Shown: piece by piece, positions 61,338 to 64,000 of the stretch | Layout: every line of letters starts with the position of its first letter | Numbering within the stretch: the first letter of the stretch is position 1 | Source: Antedon mediterranea | Lineage: Eukaryota > Animalia > Echinodermata | Reading direction: 5' to 3' | Assembly: GCF_964355755.1 (NCBI RefSeq) | Contig: NC_092673.1 | Span: forward strand, 8,928,001-8,992,000 | DNA: 64,000 nt | Position numbers and translations under genes: made by a program | The notes under the pieces: model-generated | Told to the model about the DNA's origin: nothing | Database searches by the model: none | What the model saw: the letters and a program-made list of their open reading frames with translations, nothing else

Positions 61338-63085
61338 TCTATATATAAATTATGGTTAATTCTGACATAGGCGAGCACAATACAAAAACTTCGGTACAAA
61401 TCTCCGCCTTGGATACCTACCTTATCTATCTGAGATGTACCGCGAAACGTAGATTTGATAACATTAGTGTTCACAGCGACGCTATTGTTCCATATTTCTA
61501 TCTTAGGAAGATATTATAAAGAGTTTTTTAACACAATTTATGATTTCAACATTAGATTTTCATCTCAATTTCAATTCTTCCCGGTCAAAGTAATTTCCGG
61601 GTTTAAGATAAGTTCACCTTGCAACAACCTGGTTTCAAATATTTTCTCTCTTTTATACACAAGGGAGCAGTTAAAATAATAGATTTGACCCTAAAGGTGA
61701 CTGGAAACAGGCACTTTCCATCAATCAATACAGTGTCCCTTTGGAAGACGAAAAAAAAATCTTTGTCACCCGATTCTGTAGCTGTTAGTAGGCCTACACT
61801 CAACGTGGAAGACTGTCGACAGTCTACCAGAGACCTATCTGACTGTATTAAGTACTTTTAATACACGATATCGCTGTCATTAGGTGTTTGACCCCAAAAA
61901 TAAGTAGTTAACAGTAGAAATTTAATAATTTATATACCCAGTGGGTCGTACACTACATTATTCAATCACTTTTATGTTGGTTCGGTGGGGTTTGCTATGG
62001 TTTTTTGGAGGTTTGCGGGGTTTACCAATCATTTTTGACCAAAAAATGATGTTTTACCCCAAAAATAAGTTGTTAACAGTAGAAATTTAATATTTTTTTT
62101 TACATTGATATACCCAGTGGGTTGTACACTACATGATTCAATCACTTTTATGTTGGTTCGGTGGGGTTTGCTATGTTTTTTTGGAGGTTTGCGGGGGTTT
62201 GCGGGGTTTGCGGTGTTTAGCAATACCCTAGTTAAATAATAGGAATTATACTGCAAATTAATAAAGATCAAATTAAATATACGCCATAAAGAATCAGAAT
62301 ATATTGTGGGGAATAGTATTATAAAATTACATAGGGAGATTTGATGATAAGACATTTTTCGAGTGAAATCCCGATAGCTGAGTTTTATTGAGTAAGCTTG
62401 CAGGAATAACTGTAGGCTATCTTTCTGTGTCCCGTTAGAACCGAGATGTCTGCCCATGTTGCAAGCCGTACCATAATGTCTTCTTTCTTGGGCCCACTCT
62501 GTCACGGCAGTTAGTTTCAAAAGATGATTAAATTAAATAATGTATTAATTATTATTAGGATGGTATTCATTTGAATAAACGCCTCTCCAATAAAACATCA
62601 CTTTGAATAATAACCCCCCCCCCCCCCCCCCCAACCCAACTATCCAATAAACGTCCATCCACATATTTATAACAACACAATTATACGGTACTATTTGTAG
62701 TAGAATTCACCGCACTGTTATCTACAATTTACCAAGCATTTGTTATTCTTTTTTAGCACTTTTCATATCTATTAGAGGATTTCATTTTATTATAAATGTT
62801 ACCATTTAAAACTACAAAATTTAACATATATACCTCGAATAAGCACCTCCCTCAAATGACCTCCGCCTCCCCAAAGGGCCCTACCAAACAATAAAAACTG
62901 TACTTTAAAATGTTATTAATCATCTAAAACACTGTGAAACAAAGTAGTTTAGTTTTACGAATGTCAAGCATTTTCAATAATGGTAACCGACAGAAAACGT
63001 ATAAGGAGAACATGATCATTCCGAAAACCATCGTCTACTCTTCCTAGAGGGCCGGGAGAGCGAGCGAAGCGAGCTCACCCTCTAG
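61338..63085 (+). mobile_element. Non-autonomous Helitron, second family
   Basis: A|TCTATATATAAATT at 61338; GAGCGAGCGAAGCGAGCTCACCCTCTAG|T ending at 63085. Confidence 0.7.
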
Positions 63086-64000
63086 TAATAATAATGCACA
63101 ATAATCGGTACCGGTGTCGATCATTATGAGTGTAATTATTAATTAGTTTATCTGAAAAATATTCTTAAATTATATTATTTTGTGTTGTGAAATAATGATT
63201 TTGATATAATATTGATTGTTCAAAATGATACCCTAAAATACAAATCTGCTTTTGGTTATTTTAAGTGTTTGTGTTGGTGTTATTTATTATTCCAAAATAA
63301 AGATATATTTCAATTATAAAATAGGCCTAAAAGTCACTCGTTATCGTGAATGTGTTTGTATTATCAACATTGTTGATCACGAATCCTCGGGTATTTGAGC
63401 TGCTGTGTACCGGAAAAAGTTAAAAAAAAACCCCATTTTTTCAAAAATGATTACACACTTCATGGATAAACCCATTTTGGGCGAGTTCCTAAGAGTTTGA
63501 TGTTTGATGATTTGGTACAGGAAACAACTGCTCTCTTTATTTATTGTTTTAGCATTCTACTGTGTATTTATTGTCAGTCCGAGTCCGTATCACGTATTTC
63601 TAACTCAGCTGAACGCCATTAGACGACATACGCGCCGAGTATATAGCCGAATAGGGGGAAACTGCGGACCTTTAGGGCTGCTGTCTGAGCTTATGTACAG
63701 GATAAAGTTGCTGTCATTGGTGTTTTTGTCATCCCCAATATATACTGCTGCCATTAAAAAAAGATTCAACCTTGTATCGCTTCACATGAATAAACCCATT
63801 TGGGTGTGGCCCTAAAATGTTGCTGTTTGGCGCCCCGTACAGGATAAAGTTGCTGTCATTGGTGATGTAATCATTAGTAGCCCACTACGAATGATATCCA
63901 AAAAAGTTTATCCTTGTATCGCTTCACATAAATAAATGCATTTTTACCCCCCTATGTTATGATCCCCACAGGCCCTATGTACAGGCTGTGACACGGCAGC

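Larger units (their letters stand above)
58919..64000. repeat. Large, near-identical inverted repeat (arms 58919-60198 and 62723-64000+) containing Helitron 3' ends
   Basis: Arms are reverse complements with few substitutions and small indels. Helitron hairpin+CTAG at 59836 (-) and 63085 (+). The right arm runs off the window. Confidence 0.9.

Overview
AT-rich eukaryotic genomic DNA from an invertebrate animal. The intron-rich genes and a Deu/Nin-like SINE suggest a marine deuterostome, possibly an echinoderm (inference). Four protein-coding genes can be spliced by eye. (1) ANAPC5/APC5, + strand, 17 visible coding exons at 4966-44300; its N-terminal exon was not found in the window. (2) An intronless-CDS, stand-alone DUF547 gene nested antisense in the 15.6-kb last ANAPC5 intron (37593-38393). 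(3) A complete type II glutamine synthetase (48975-51006) with a CCAAT/TATA promoter. (4) The 5' part of TRMT1L (52155-57607, continuing beyond the window). Introns are full of mobile DNA: non-autonomous Helitrons (including head-to-head palindromic pairs), Helentron/DINE-1-like elements (one nested in its own kind), Tc2/pogo-, Kolobok- and Harbinger/Zator-type elements, two TATGG...CCATA elements with 6-bp TSDs, 15-44 bp insertions with 7-bp TSDs that look like P/Galileo excision scars, tRNA-derived SINEs, LINE and DIRS remnants, and a >1-kb inverted repeat at the right end. No CRISPR array, rRNA gene or intact transposase was seen. All coordinates were counted by hand and family names come from remembered motifs, not database searches.
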